Shown here one piece after another: positions 30,817 to 39,941 of a DNA stretch of 64,000 bases. Below the pieces are notes generated by a model. The model made no database searches. It saw only the letters and a program-made list of their open reading frames with translations, and was not told where the DNA came from. The stretch lies in NCBI GenBank assembly GCA_038883855.1, contig JAVZLH010000001.1:96001-160000 (forward strand), in the 5' to 3' direction. Every line of letters starts with the position of its first letter. Within the stretch, counting starts at the first letter, position 1. The stretch is from Candidatus Bathyarchaeia archaeon. Its GTDB lineage: Archaea > Thermoproteota > Bathyarchaeia > Bathyarchaeales > Bathycorpusculaceae. Made by a program: the position numbers and the translations under genes.

Positions 30817-31305
30817 TCAGACAACATAGTAATCTATGACTTTTTTCATGCTTTTTGGCGCAACATGTTTTGCAGCAAGCTGTTTAAGTATTTTTATCAT
30901 TTGAGGCTGGAAACGAGCTATGTCTGTGAGGCTTACCAAACCTACGAGGCGTTTTCCATCTACTACTGGCAGCTTTTTAATTTTCATCTGAAACATTAAC
31001 CGTACGGCTTCCTCTAAATCGGTGCTTGGTTCAACGACGACAAGCGGACTTGACATAACGTCTTTCACCTTCGTTTTATTTGCATCCCTAGCCTCTGCGA
31101 CAACCCTCTTCAAAAGGTCCCTTTCGGTTATTATGCCGATGGCTTTCCCTTTTCTGACGGCGATTAAACATCCTATCTCAAACTTGTTCATGACTTCTGC
31201 TGCCTCTTTAACTGTTAGGTTCTCATCTATTGTTATTACTTCCCTAACCATAACATCCTCAACTTTCAGCGTTAAGCCGCTTTCTTCTTCGTCAGACGAC
31301 AACAA
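30817..31305 (-). CDS. CBS-pair protein
   Basis: VEDVM..IGIITERD..VKDVMSSP..LPVVD..LVGLVSLTD. Confidence 0.9.
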   Translation of the reverse strand: MLSSDEEESGLTLKVEDVMVREVITIDENLTVKEAAEVMNKFEIGCLIAVRKGKAIGIITERDLLKRVVAEARDANKTKVKDVMSSPLVVVEPSTDLEEAVRLMFQMKIKKLPVVDGKRLVGLVSLTDIARFQPQMIKILKQLAAKHVAPKSMKKVIDYYVV

Positions 31306-31344
31306 ATCACCGTCCTTTATCTCTCTTAAAATCCCATATATAAG

Positions 31345-32706
31345 TTAGTGTGCGGAAAATTTCTTCTTTAAAGCGCTTAAATTGCGGATAACCTCTTTGA
31401 CATGTTCGCTGGCGGGAATTTCGGCGTGTTCAAACTTATCCTTGGGTTTAGTGAACGGTCTGGTGGCGTCTAAGCCAACTTTGGTAGTTAAGCCTGTTTC
31501 TTGGTCTGCTGAAGAGTCTAGGGATGAGCCTCTCGCATTTTCTATTACAATTAGGTCTTCGCTCGCCTGAAAGCGTGTTGCGATAGCCCACTCCACATCG
31601 GAAACGCTAAAAACGTCGATGTCTGAGTCCACGACAACAGCATGTTTTAGGCTGGGATGCGCAGCAAAAGCCGCTAGCAAAGCGTTTTTTCCATCTCCGT
31701 CAAGTTGTTTATCTATTGAGATTATTGCGTGAAGCCATCCGCATCCACCTTCTGAAAGGTTGACAGCATGAACTTTCGGCACAACCTTTGAAACAGAATC
31801 CCAAATCAACACTTCATGAGGCAACCCCATCAAAAGCCTATGCTCTGCTCCAGAAGGCAAAAGCGCCTGATAAACATAGTCTCTGCGATGCATGACGCCG
31901 ACTATTTCCACAACAGGCTGTTTTCGCACAATGTCGTAGGTTCCAGTTACATCCACAAAGGGGCCCTCGTCAACTTCCTTTTTCGCAGATATTTTGCCCT
32001 CCAAAACCAGTTCTGCTTCTGCAGGGGCATAGGCGTTTACATGTTCGCACGCGATTAGGCGGAGACCGCCGTCCATCAAAGTGTTTGCCACCTCAAACTC
32101 GTTAACTCCAAAAGGAAGTGGTGAAGAGGCTACTAGCATAACTGCTGGATGTACACCAATGGAGATGGAAACATCCAAGTCTTTGCCTGCTTCCTTCGCC
32201 ATGGACCATAATTTATAAAGGTGTCGTGGAACCAAGCGAATTGCTAAATGCTTCCTGTCCAAAAGTTGGAGGCGATGCACAGACACGTTTTCAATGGCGC
32301 CGTCAAGGCTTCTGCCGTACACAACTGCTGAGGTTATGTATGGAGCAGCATCTCTTTCAAAATGGTGAAGGATTGGAATTTCTGACAAATCATTTTTAAC
32401 AACTTCCTTAACCGGGCCGTCGCTTGCGATTTTTGGTTTTTTCGGTGAACGCCACGCCTCGATTAGCCTCTTATAGATTTCCTCTTCTTTGACTTTAAGC
32501 GCCGCGCAAATCCTTTTACGAGTTCCACACACATTAGCAACAACTTTTGTCTTGTAGCCTTCAACGTTTTCAAACATGAGGATTGGGCCGTTGCTGTCGA
32601 AGTTTTTCATAATGTAGGCCGCTTCAAACTGCGGGCTAACTTTATCCTTTATGTGTAGAATCTCCTCCTTTTCCTCCATCACTTTAAGAAATTCTCTTAG
32701 GCTCAT
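31345..32706 (-). CDS. UbiD-family prFMN decarboxylase (possibly the anhydromevalonate-phosphate decarboxylase of the archaeal mevalonate pathway)
   Basis: NVSVHR, EGPFVDVTGTY, GGCGWLH, VVDSDID, WAIATR, KVGLDAT. Confidence 0.88.
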   Translation of the reverse strand: MSLREFLKVMEEKEEILHIKDKVSPQFEAAYIMKNFDSNGPILMFENVEGYKTKVVANVCGTRKRICAALKVKEEEIYKRLIEAWRSPKKPKIASDGPVKEVVKNDLSEIPILHHFERDAAPYITSAVVYGRSLDGAIENVSVHRLQLLDRKHLAIRLVPRHLYKLWSMAKEAGKDLDVSISIGVHPAVMLVASSPLPFGVNEFEVANTLMDGGLRLIACEHVNAYAPAEAELVLEGKISAKKEVDEGPFVDVTGTYDIVRKQPVVEIVGVMHRRDYVYQALLPSGAEHRLLMGLPHEVLIWDSVSKVVPKVHAVNLSEGGCGWLHAIISIDKQLDGDGKNALLAAFAAHPSLKHAVVVDSDIDVFSVSDVEWAIATRFQASEDLIVIENARGSSLDSSADQETGLTTKVGLDATRPFTKPKDKFEHAEIPASEHVKEVIRNLSALKKKFSAH

Positions 32707-33074
32707 GTTGCTGTTCCCTCTTTTTCCGCCTCTGCGTGGACAACTTTTTCGATGAGTTTCATAAAAACTGATTGCGCCTGCATCTCGCTGACTTTTTCTA
32801 AGTAGATTGATACTAGGGCTATTTTCCCCTTTCTTGACGCGATGTATTCAGCGAACATTCTGGCGGAAATCGCGTTTCTGTCGCCTAAGAGAACAGAAGA
32901 TGATGGAAGGCCAAGCATGTCTTTGGGTTTTGGAACAGCTATTGCCAATGTTCCAAGCTTGTCTTCTCTCTCGCTTAAAAGGATTAGGCAAGCATTGCTT
33001 GTTTCCATGTAAACTGCCAGAAAATTTGTGTCTAACTCCACCATTTCGCCCTTAACGATTTTTGCTCGCTCCAT
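32703..33074 (-). CDS. Proteasome assembly chaperone PAC4/PSMG4-like protein
   Basis: LGTLAIAVP...SSSVLLGD...ARMFAEYIASRKGKIALVSIYL resembles, from memory, the PAC4 pattern LxxLAVAM..STxLLG...LAQRLARKTxKxVFVSxNL. Confidence 0.55.
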   Translation of the reverse strand: MERAKIVKGEMVELDTNFLAVYMETSNACLILLSEREDKLGTLAIAVPKPKDMLGLPSSSVLLGDRNAISARMFAEYIASRKGKIALVSIYLEKVSEMQAQSVFMKLIEKVVHAEAEKEGTAT

Positions 33075-33142
33075 CGCTTTTCTCCACTCCTTATATAGCC
33101 TACATATTCACTATTTATTGTTTTCAAAGGATGATGCCACGT

Positions 33143-33811
33143 ATGACCGAGAACAGAGCTGAAAAAATCTTGGAGATTTTGAGAAAAACCTTTACAATGC
33201 CAAGATGGATAACGTCGACGAAAGACGCGTTTAAAACGTTGATTGTCACGGTGATTTCCCAGAACACCAACGACAGAAACACCGCTAGAGCCTTCGAAAA
33301 ACTTTCGAAACAGGTTGAGATTACGCCCGAAGCCTTAGCGAACGCAGAGACAAGTCAAATCGAAGAATGCTTAAAAGTGGCTGGTTTATACAGAAACAAA
33401 GCCAAAACAATAAAGCAGCTTTCAAAAATAATCCTTGAAAAATTCAACGGCAACCTAAACACCATCTTGTCATTACCGCTTTCTAAAGCAAGAGAGGAGC
33501 TTCTTCAACTTCCCGGAGTTGGACCTAAAACCGCCGACGTTCTGCTGCTCTTTTACTCGGAAAAACCCACAATTCCCGTGGACACTCACGTCAACCGCGT
33601 GGCAAAACGCTTGGGTTTGGCGCCTCCGGATGGAGGTTACGAGCTGGTTCGCGGTTCTCTTGAATCGCTTTATAAATCTAAAGATTACTTGGCGGTTCAT
33701 ATACTGCTGATTTTGCTTGGCAGAAGATATTGTAAGGCGAGAAACCCATTATGCGAGGAGTGTCCTGTGAACACCCTTTGCCCGTCTAAACTAATGAGGA
33801 ACAAGGAATAA
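33143..33811 (+). CDS. nth: Endonuclease III
   Basis: ISQNTND, HhH LPGVGPKTA, PVDTHVNR, [4Fe-4S] CKARNPLCEECPVNTLC. Confidence 0.95.
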   Translation: MTENRAEKILEILRKTFTMPRWITSTKDAFKTLIVTVISQNTNDRNTARAFEKLSKQVEITPEALANAETSQIEECLKVAGLYRNKAKTIKQLSKIILEKFNGNLNTILSLPLSKAREELLQLPGVGPKTADVLLLFYSEKPTIPVDTHVNRVAKRLGLAPPDGGYELVRGSLESLYKSKDYLAVHILLILLGRRYCKARNPLCEECPVNTLCPSKLMRNKE

Positions 33812-33828
33812 TTCTCGTATGCAATGTT

Positions 33829-35136
33829 TTACTTGATAGTTGTGGGCTCTAAATTTTCTTCTTCGGCGAAAATCGGTATTTCCTTCATGTTCTTGTCAAG
33901 TTTAACTTTTCCAAAAGCAATTGTTGAAACGTTCTCAGAGACAGGTGTATAAATTTTAAGAGTTTTTCTAGCGAAGTCAACTTCATGTAAAATGCCTATT
34001 CCTAGAAACTTTCTTTTTTGATCATACAAAGCTGTAAGTAATCCTGCCTCCTCGCCTTTCCGAATGACGACAGCTTTCTTTTTGGTGAATTCCTCAATCT
34101 TTTTGATGTTGTCTTCGTTAACCCAGCGACCTCTCCCAACAACTATGCAAATTCTATCTGGTAACTCAGCAAAGTGTAATGGTTTCATTTCCAAAAGTTC
34201 GTAGACTTTTCTTGCATATCTAGCATTTCCTGAAGCTCTATCTAAACCAAGCAGCCAATCGTCCTCTATTTTCAGCCAGTTTATGGGAAAAGACTGCACT
34301 TTTGCATTTTTCAAGTATTTTATATATCCAAGCTCCCTCAGGCTTTTGCGTTTTTCCCTGTCCCTCTGCCTAATAGCTATGGGAGAATCAACAACAACCT
34401 TTCTGAACTTTTCAAGAGCATCTAACAGAGGTGTTAACTCGTCTTTTTGTTGGATGTAGAAAACAATATCGGGGTTAAGCTCTTCAACAAGCTTAACTTT
34501 GTAGCTTACCGCTTCTTCTCCCTCAACCCAACCATCAGTGTTTATAACGATGAACTCAGGGTTGTCTTCAATAATTTCCCTTTTTAATGCTACTAGTCCA
34601 TCAACCACTTTGGTTAGCGCTGCACTTGGAGATGTTACACCAACAAAGAAGGCATTTTTAAGTTCCAAATTAAACAGGTCAGTTACTGGCTTTGCGACAA
34701 AGGTATATGCAACTGTGCACGGTGGTCCTATATCGGATTGACCTAAATCCCCATCTAAAACCACAACTTTCCGTTTTTCCCTCAGTAAATTGTTTACTAG
34801 ATATGTGCAGAAACTAGTTTTTCCAGAGTCAACAGTCCCTAAAACCATTGCGACGGCTGGTCTTGCGTCAACCTTCGCGAGTTCTTCATAAGCGTTGTTC
34901 CATGAAGGAGGAATAGTGTTTCCATCAACCTCTTCAACGCTTGCGTTTTCTCCCAGCAAAATCTGAAAACTCGCCTTTTCTGTTACCATAAATGGTAGTC
35001 TTTTACCCTCTCTTATCACAACTTTGCTTGCACTTCCAAGAACTGAGCCGAAAACCTCAGCCTTACCGGATACGACTGTGACAGAAGCTGGGCCATCAAC
35101 CAGCAGTGTTTTGCCATTTTCAACTGTTCGATTCAT
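33829..35136 (-). CDS. Clp1/Grc3/Nol9-family polynucleotide 5'-OH kinase
   Basis: GTVDSGKTS, DGDLGQSDIGPP, INTDGW, lid RDREKRKSLRE. Confidence 0.9.
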   Translation of the reverse strand: MNRTVENGKTLLVDGPASVTVVSGKAEVFGSVLGSASKVVIREGKRLPFMVTEKASFQILLGENASVEEVDGNTIPPSWNNAYEELAKVDARPAVAMVLGTVDSGKTSFCTYLVNNLLREKRKVVVLDGDLGQSDIGPPCTVAYTFVAKPVTDLFNLELKNAFFVGVTSPSAALTKVVDGLVALKREIIEDNPEFIVINTDGWVEGEEAVSYKVKLVEELNPDIVFYIQQKDELTPLLDALEKFRKVVVDSPIAIRQRDREKRKSLRELGYIKYLKNAKVQSFPINWLKIEDDWLLGLDRASGNARYARKVYELLEMKPLHFAELPDRICIVVGRGRWVNEDNIKKIEEFTKKKAVVIRKGEEAGLLTALYDQKRKFLGIGILHEVDFARKTLKIYTPVSENVSTIAFGKVKLDKNMKEIPIFAEEENLEPTTIK

Positions 35137-35773
35137 TCCTCTTCCCCCTCGGAAACATATGTCCGCTTCTTCCAGCTATCTTCATGGCAGACACAATATC
35201 CCTAACTCCCCTTCTATGCTTGTTGTCGCTTAGATAACGGTTTGTCCCCGCTTCACTTACACTTTCCAAAACAACATGCGGCGGCAAAGTCTCATCTAAA
35301 GCCTCTAAAAGCTTCTCCTTGTATGCGCGGACTCCATCGCCAACCTTTATAGAAACCGAAGTTGTCGGCGTCCTTTCAATGTTCTTCAGAAGGTCCTTAA
35401 TTTTTTCTAATGTTTCCTCCACGCTGAAACAGTTTTCTGTTTTTATAACTTTTCCATCAGCCAAAACAGCCAGACCGAAGACTTCGCCGGGATCTACACC
35501 TATAACTATTTTTTCGTAAGCTTCCCTCCCTTCAATGATTTGGACTGCTTGATTTACTATGGCTTCTGGCTCGGTGTTTTCTTGAAAAACTAGAATTTTT
35601 TCATGGTTTATCTGGTTTTTCTCCTTTTCCGTGGTTATAACCACCTTTATTTCTACCGGGATTGGTTCTTTCGGGATTAGACTTAAAAATGGTATGCTTC
35701 GCTTTTTCAACTCATTAACGATTAAATAGTATGCTTTCCCTGAAACCGTTGCCACCGCAATCTTCGCTTTCAT
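35120..35773 (-). CDS. Protein with C-terminal RNase H-like (YqgF-type) domain
   Basis: IGVDPGEVFGLAVL, VGDG, VSEAGT, DIVSAMKIA. Confidence 0.65.
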   Translation of the reverse strand: MKAKIAVATVSGKAYYLIVNELKKRSIPFLSLIPKEPIPVEIKVVITTEKEKNQINHEKILVFQENTEPEAIVNQAVQIIEGREAYEKIVIGVDPGEVFGLAVLADGKVIKTENCFSVEETLEKIKDLLKNIERTPTTSVSIKVGDGVRAYKEKLLEALDETLPPHVVLESVSEAGTNRYLSDNKHRRGVRDIVSAMKIAGRSGHMFPRGKRNESNS

Positions 35774-35845
35774 ACAGCCTTTCCTATTTTTGGTTTTAAA
35801 CGCAAGACAAATTATTAGTTTCGCAACTTATATTCGTTGATGTGA

Positions 35846-36562
35846 ATGGAATTGCCGCTAGCCATCCCAACAGGTTGTAAATCCATCGACAAAGCCTTGG
35901 GCGGGGGCATACCGCTAGAAACTATTAGCTTAATTTATGGAGAGGCTGAAACTGGAAAGACTGCTCTAAGCATGCGATGTGCTGTGAATTGTGCAGAGAT
36001 TGGCTACAAAACACTTTTTGTTGATTGCGACGCCACATTCTCTGTGCAAAGGCTTTCTCAAATTACATCTGGAAAACTCAATAAAATTGCAGAATACATA
36101 ATTTTAATGAAGCCAAGCAACTTCCATGAACAGGGAATAGTGATAGATCATATGGCGGATTACATAACAAAAAACTTTGGGCTCGTGGTTTTTGATACAA
36201 TTACATCCCTTTATCGTGTTGAGGTTTCAGAAAATCCTAAAAACACATTTAGGCTAAACCGCGAACTGAACAGGCAAGTAGCGGCTTTAGCGCAAATTGC
36301 GAAGACGCACAAAATCGCAGTTTTGATGACAAGTCAGGTTCGAAATGTTTTTAATGATTCTGTTTATGTAGGAGTCGAGCCTGTTGGGACGAGAGTTTTA
36401 AAATTCTGGTCTGATGTGATAATTGCCATGAAACCTACTCAAAACTCCAAAATAATTGAGGCAGTAGTAGAGAAAGCTCCAAAAGAAGCCAAAAAGAAAA
36501 GCAAACCCATATGTTACTTAAAAATAGATGAAAATGGAGTACATGAGCATACCTTTCATTGA
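35846..36562 (+). CDS. radB: DNA repair protein RadB (RecA family)
   Basis: TGCKSIDKALGGG, GEAETGKT, VVFDTITSLYR, TSQV; no RadA N-terminal domain. Confidence 0.8.
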   Translation: MELPLAIPTGCKSIDKALGGGIPLETISLIYGEAETGKTALSMRCAVNCAEIGYKTLFVDCDATFSVQRLSQITSGKLNKIAEYIILMKPSNFHEQGIVIDHMADYITKNFGLVVFDTITSLYRVEVSENPKNTFRLNRELNRQVAALAQIAKTHKIAVLMTSQVRNVFNDSVYVGVEPVGTRVLKFWSDVIIAMKPTQNSKIIEAVVEKAPKEAKKKSKPICYLKIDENGVHEHTFH

Positions 36563-36578
36563 CTGTGAGGGCGTTTAT

Positions 36579-37079
36579 ATGCAACTAATCATTGAGGCTT
36601 TGCTATTTATATTCCCCGCTTATTGTGCAAACGCCTTACCCGTAATAACTGGCGGAGGCCTTCCGTTAGACTTTGGAAAACGTTTTATCGATGGAAGACC
36701 AATTTTTGGAAAAAACAAAACTTTTCGAGGTTTCTTTTCAGCACTGGCTGTTGGAACAGTTGTCGGTTTTGCAGAAAACGCCTTTTTCAATTATCCCAAG
36801 AATGTTCAAGGTTTTCAATTTGGTTTTCTATTGTCGTTTGGAGCTTTACTAGGCGACTTAATAGGTGCGTTTATTAAACGGAGACTTGGACTTGCACCTG
36901 GAGAACCATTGCCGATCATTGACCAAATCGACTTCATAGTAGGTGCTCTTTTGTTCGCACATTCTCTAGGAGTAGTTACTTGGGAGCTTACAGTTATTGT
37001 TCTAATAATAACTCCACCAATTCATTTGTTGACAAATTTTGCAGCCTATAAAATGGGTCTAAAAAATACGCCGTGGTAA
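36579..37079 (+). CDS. carS: CDP-archaeol synthase
   Basis: PAYCANALP, DGRPIFGKNKTFRG, GDLIGAFIKRR, DQIDF, C-terminal K.PW. Confidence 0.93.
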   Translation: MQLIIEALLFIFPAYCANALPVITGGGLPLDFGKRFIDGRPIFGKNKTFRGFFSALAVGTVVGFAENAFFNYPKNVQGFQFGFLLSFGALLGDLIGAFIKRRLGLAPGEPLPIIDQIDFIVGALLFAHSLGVVTWELTVIVLIITPPIHLLTNFAAYKMGLKNTPW

Positions 37080-37083
37080 GATT

Positions 37084-37506
37084 TTATCCGTAATATAGTT
37101 TTGACTTTATAAGGTATTCTAGGGCGATGTAGGCTATCAAAAGAAGCGATATTCCCGCTAGAAACATCATGTAAGCTTGTCTTGGCTTGTAAGCGTATTT
37201 GGTGCTCTGATAAATAGATATTAAACCAATAACGCCGAGTGCGTAGAGAACCGGTACAACAATGTTTTCGGTTCCAAACTGCTCAGACAGCCCTGGATAA
37301 AGAAAGATAAAGCGTCCACCGTAATATACGGCTGGAAAAGGCTTCATTATTAAAGTGTAGAGGCCGCCTCCCAATAGGAAAACGGCGAAGGCAACAACGA
37401 TTACTGAAAGAGTTAACGTTGAGGGTTTTACTGTTGAAATGCGCTTGTATAACCTATTCATGGAATAAGGCAGTGAAGAAATTATTTTCTTAACTTTCAG
37501 AGGCAT
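37084..37506 (-). CDS. OST3/OST6-family (DC2/OSTC-like) three-helix oligosaccharyltransferase accessory subunit
   Basis: FLLGGGLYTLIMKP...F...QFGTE...LYALG.IG...IKSKL mirrors DC2 F..GG.IY..I..P...F...Q...E...LF..G..G..M..KL. Confidence 0.65.
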   Translation of the reverse strand: MPLKVKKIISSLPYSMNRLYKRISTVKPSTLTLSVIVVAFAVFLLGGGLYTLIMKPFPAVYYGGRFIFLYPGLSEQFGTENIVVPVLYALGVIGLISIYQSTKYAYKPRQAYMMFLAGISLLLIAYIALEYLIKSKLYYG

Positions 37507-37723
37507 CTTGGTTTTCTCCGGTTTTTGTTAGGTATTCCGCCACCTCTTTAGCCCATTCGCCTGTTAATGGATTTTTAACAATCTCCCTTAAATACTCTCC
37601 CCAAGAAATTTCTAAAGCCTTTTTCCAAACTGCATACTTTTTCTTGATGCTTTCGTAAGCCTTCATATGTAACTCGCAAAAGCCTTTATCAACTGCCTTT
37701 CTGCTGCAGATTTGGCATTTCAA
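37490..37723 (-). CDS. Small C2-CH zinc-finger protein overlapping the topA end
   Basis: CQIC-x8-CELH; W..YL...TGEWAKEVA. Confidence 0.7.
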   Translation of the reverse strand: MKCQICSRKAVDKGFCELHMKAYESIKKKYAVWKKALEISWGEYLREIVKNPLTGEWAKEVAEYLTKTGENQDASES

Positions 37724-39800
37724 TTCTTTTCATCCTCTCCTCTTTTATTGGACATTTTGGGTTGAAACAGAGGTTCCATGGGCGCCTTCCTTTAATCTTA
37801 ACCTGAACCGTTGGCCAACCGCATCCGCGGCAGTTTTTACCAAGAGGTCGTACAGTGCCCTTCTGAGGTAGGGGGAATGAGGCTGAACACAATTTTTTGA
37901 AGTAGTTTGTGCAGCCGATAAATCGTTTGCCTGTTTTCCTCGAATAGAGTACCATGAGTTTTCCCGAGTTGCAGATTGGGCAAACGCCTATTGTTCTTTC
38001 TTCTAGTCTGGCTCTTTTTATGGCGTTGCTTAGTTGTTCGCCGATCACTTCCTCTTTTTCCTTCAACTTCTCTACTGCTGGTTTAAGGATTTCAACAGCG
38101 TCCACTAGAATGTTTTCTCTTTTCTCGTTGTTTAATTGAATCTTGTTCATTTTCTCTTCAAGTTCTTTTGTCAACTTGACGGAAACAACCGTCGGGCAAT
38201 ACTGTTTTAGAACTTCCATAACCTCAAAACCTAAGTCTGTGACAACCATCCTCTCGTCGCGGATATACTTTCTATCATACAAGGTCTGTATGATTTCTGC
38301 CCTTGTGGCTTTGGTTCCAATTTCCTCTTCTTCCATCCTCTTTAGGAGGCTGCCGGGGTTATATCGGGGAGGTGGTTTAGTGAACTTATCCTCTAGAATA
38401 ACTTTCTTAATAATGACCTCTTGTCCTTCCTTTATTTGCGGCAAAAGAACTTCCTCCGACCTCACGTGAGGTCCATAGAAACGCATCCACCCTTCCTTTA
38501 AGATTTGTCTTCCTCTCAAGTAGAAGTGGTGTCCGTTGACGTTAATGTGAACTTTCATGCTCTGTCTAATTGCTGGTTCTTCAAAAACCGCCATAAACCT
38601 CCTTACCACAAGATCCCATAGGTTTCTCTCTTGGTCGCTTAGAATTCTTTCTGGAAGATTCCCTGTTGGATAAATGGCTGGGTGGGCTGGGTCCTCTTTC
38701 TTTCCCTCTTTTGGTTTCAGTTCTGGTTTTGCGAGAAGTTCTGCTGCCAGCTTCTTGTATTCAGGGGCTTTGCCTAGGTTTTTCAGTATCTCCTCATAGT
38801 TTATTGTCGGCGGAAGTTTTTGGCTGCTTGTCCTCGGGTAGGAGATTAAAGCGTCTAGATAGAGGCGTTGGGCTATGTCCGAGGTTCGCATTGGCGTATA
38901 GCCAAATAGGCTGTAGGCTTCGCTTTGTAAAGTTCCCAAATCGAAGGGTGTCGGCGGCAGCTGCTGGAACTGTTTAACTTCAATTTTCTCTACTTCCCCA
39001 TTTTTCCCTTTACACTCACTTAATATCATGTTTGCTTCTCTTTTAGTTTCAATAACTTCCTTTTCATATTCAGCCTCGAAGGTTTTCCCGTCGATTTCGA
39101 TTTCAGCCTTAATCTCCCAGTATGGTGTGGGCACAAAACTTCTGATGGCTTTTTCTCTGGCTATGAGAAATCTTAAGGTTGGTCCCTGCACTCTTCCAGT
39201 GCTTAATGTAGCATATTTTCCGCTCCAATCCCTTGCGGCTATGGTTAAAGCTCGCGAGAGGTTTACTCCGTAAAGCCAATCCACTTCGTGTCTTGTCCGC
39301 CCAGCCTCTATTAACGCGAAATCAAGGTGGGGTAGCAGCTCATTATAAGATTTTTCCAGCTCCTCTTTGGTTAATGTTGAATACTTCATCCTCTTTGAGA
39401 CGCTTTCCTTGTTTCCACAAGCATACTTTAGTATACAGTATCCGATGATGCTTCCCTCTGTGTCATAGTCGCATGCGTCAATAAACATGTCCGCGTCTTT
39501 TGCCAGTTTAGAAATGGTCTCAAGCCATGTGCGGATTTGTTTTGCGCCTCTCTCGGCAAGGTATCTTGGCACCCACTTGAAGTTAAAGACCGGGTAATAG
39601 TTTCTTTCGCTTCTTTCTCCAGTGACAGTATATAAGTGGCCTATGGCTGGGACGACAACTATATCTCTGTCCCTTTTAGCCACATAGTAGGGCACACCGT
39701 TTTCTTCTTTTTTGCTTGTTTTCCCCTTCGCGTCAAGGGCTGAAGCTATTCTCTGCGCTGCATCTGGCTTTTCAGTTATGATGAGCGTATATTTTTCCAT
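37689..39800 (-). CDS. topA: DNA topoisomerase type IA with C-terminal zinc ribbons
   Basis: TEKP Toprim, DYDTEG, STGRVQGPTL, ISYPRT (catalytic Tyr), AHPAIYPT, GTKATR. Confidence 0.96.
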   Translation of the reverse strand: MEKYTLIITEKPDAAQRIASALDAKGKTSKKEENGVPYYVAKRDRDIVVVPAIGHLYTVTGERSERNYYPVFNFKWVPRYLAERGAKQIRTWLETISKLAKDADMFIDACDYDTEGSIIGYCILKYACGNKESVSKRMKYSTLTKEELEKSYNELLPHLDFALIEAGRTRHEVDWLYGVNLSRALTIAARDWSGKYATLSTGRVQGPTLRFLIAREKAIRSFVPTPYWEIKAEIEIDGKTFEAEYEKEVIETKREANMILSECKGKNGEVEKIEVKQFQQLPPTPFDLGTLQSEAYSLFGYTPMRTSDIAQRLYLDALISYPRTSSQKLPPTINYEEILKNLGKAPEYKKLAAELLAKPELKPKEGKKEDPAHPAIYPTGNLPERILSDQERNLWDLVVRRFMAVFEEPAIRQSMKVHINVNGHHFYLRGRQILKEGWMRFYGPHVRSEEVLLPQIKEGQEVIIKKVILEDKFTKPPPRYNPGSLLKRMEEEEIGTKATRAEIIQTLYDRKYIRDERMVVTDLGFEVMEVLKQYCPTVVSVKLTKELEEKMNKIQLNNEKRENILVDAVEILKPAVEKLKEKEEVIGEQLSNAIKRARLEERTIGVCPICNSGKLMVLYSRKTGKRFIGCTNYFKKLCSASFPLPQKGTVRPLGKNCRGCGWPTVQVKIKGRRPWNLCFNPKCPIKEERMKRIEMPNLQQKGS

Positions 39801-39941
39801 ACTTGCACAAACCACGTTAATGGGCGTTGAAGCGGCTGGTTTCCAGATTAAGCGTTATAGAGGAAATTAAAAGTTTCTATGCCAAACACCGGAGTTAAAG
39901 CTCTTAAGCAGAGGAATCTTCTAACAAAAATGATTAAGGGT

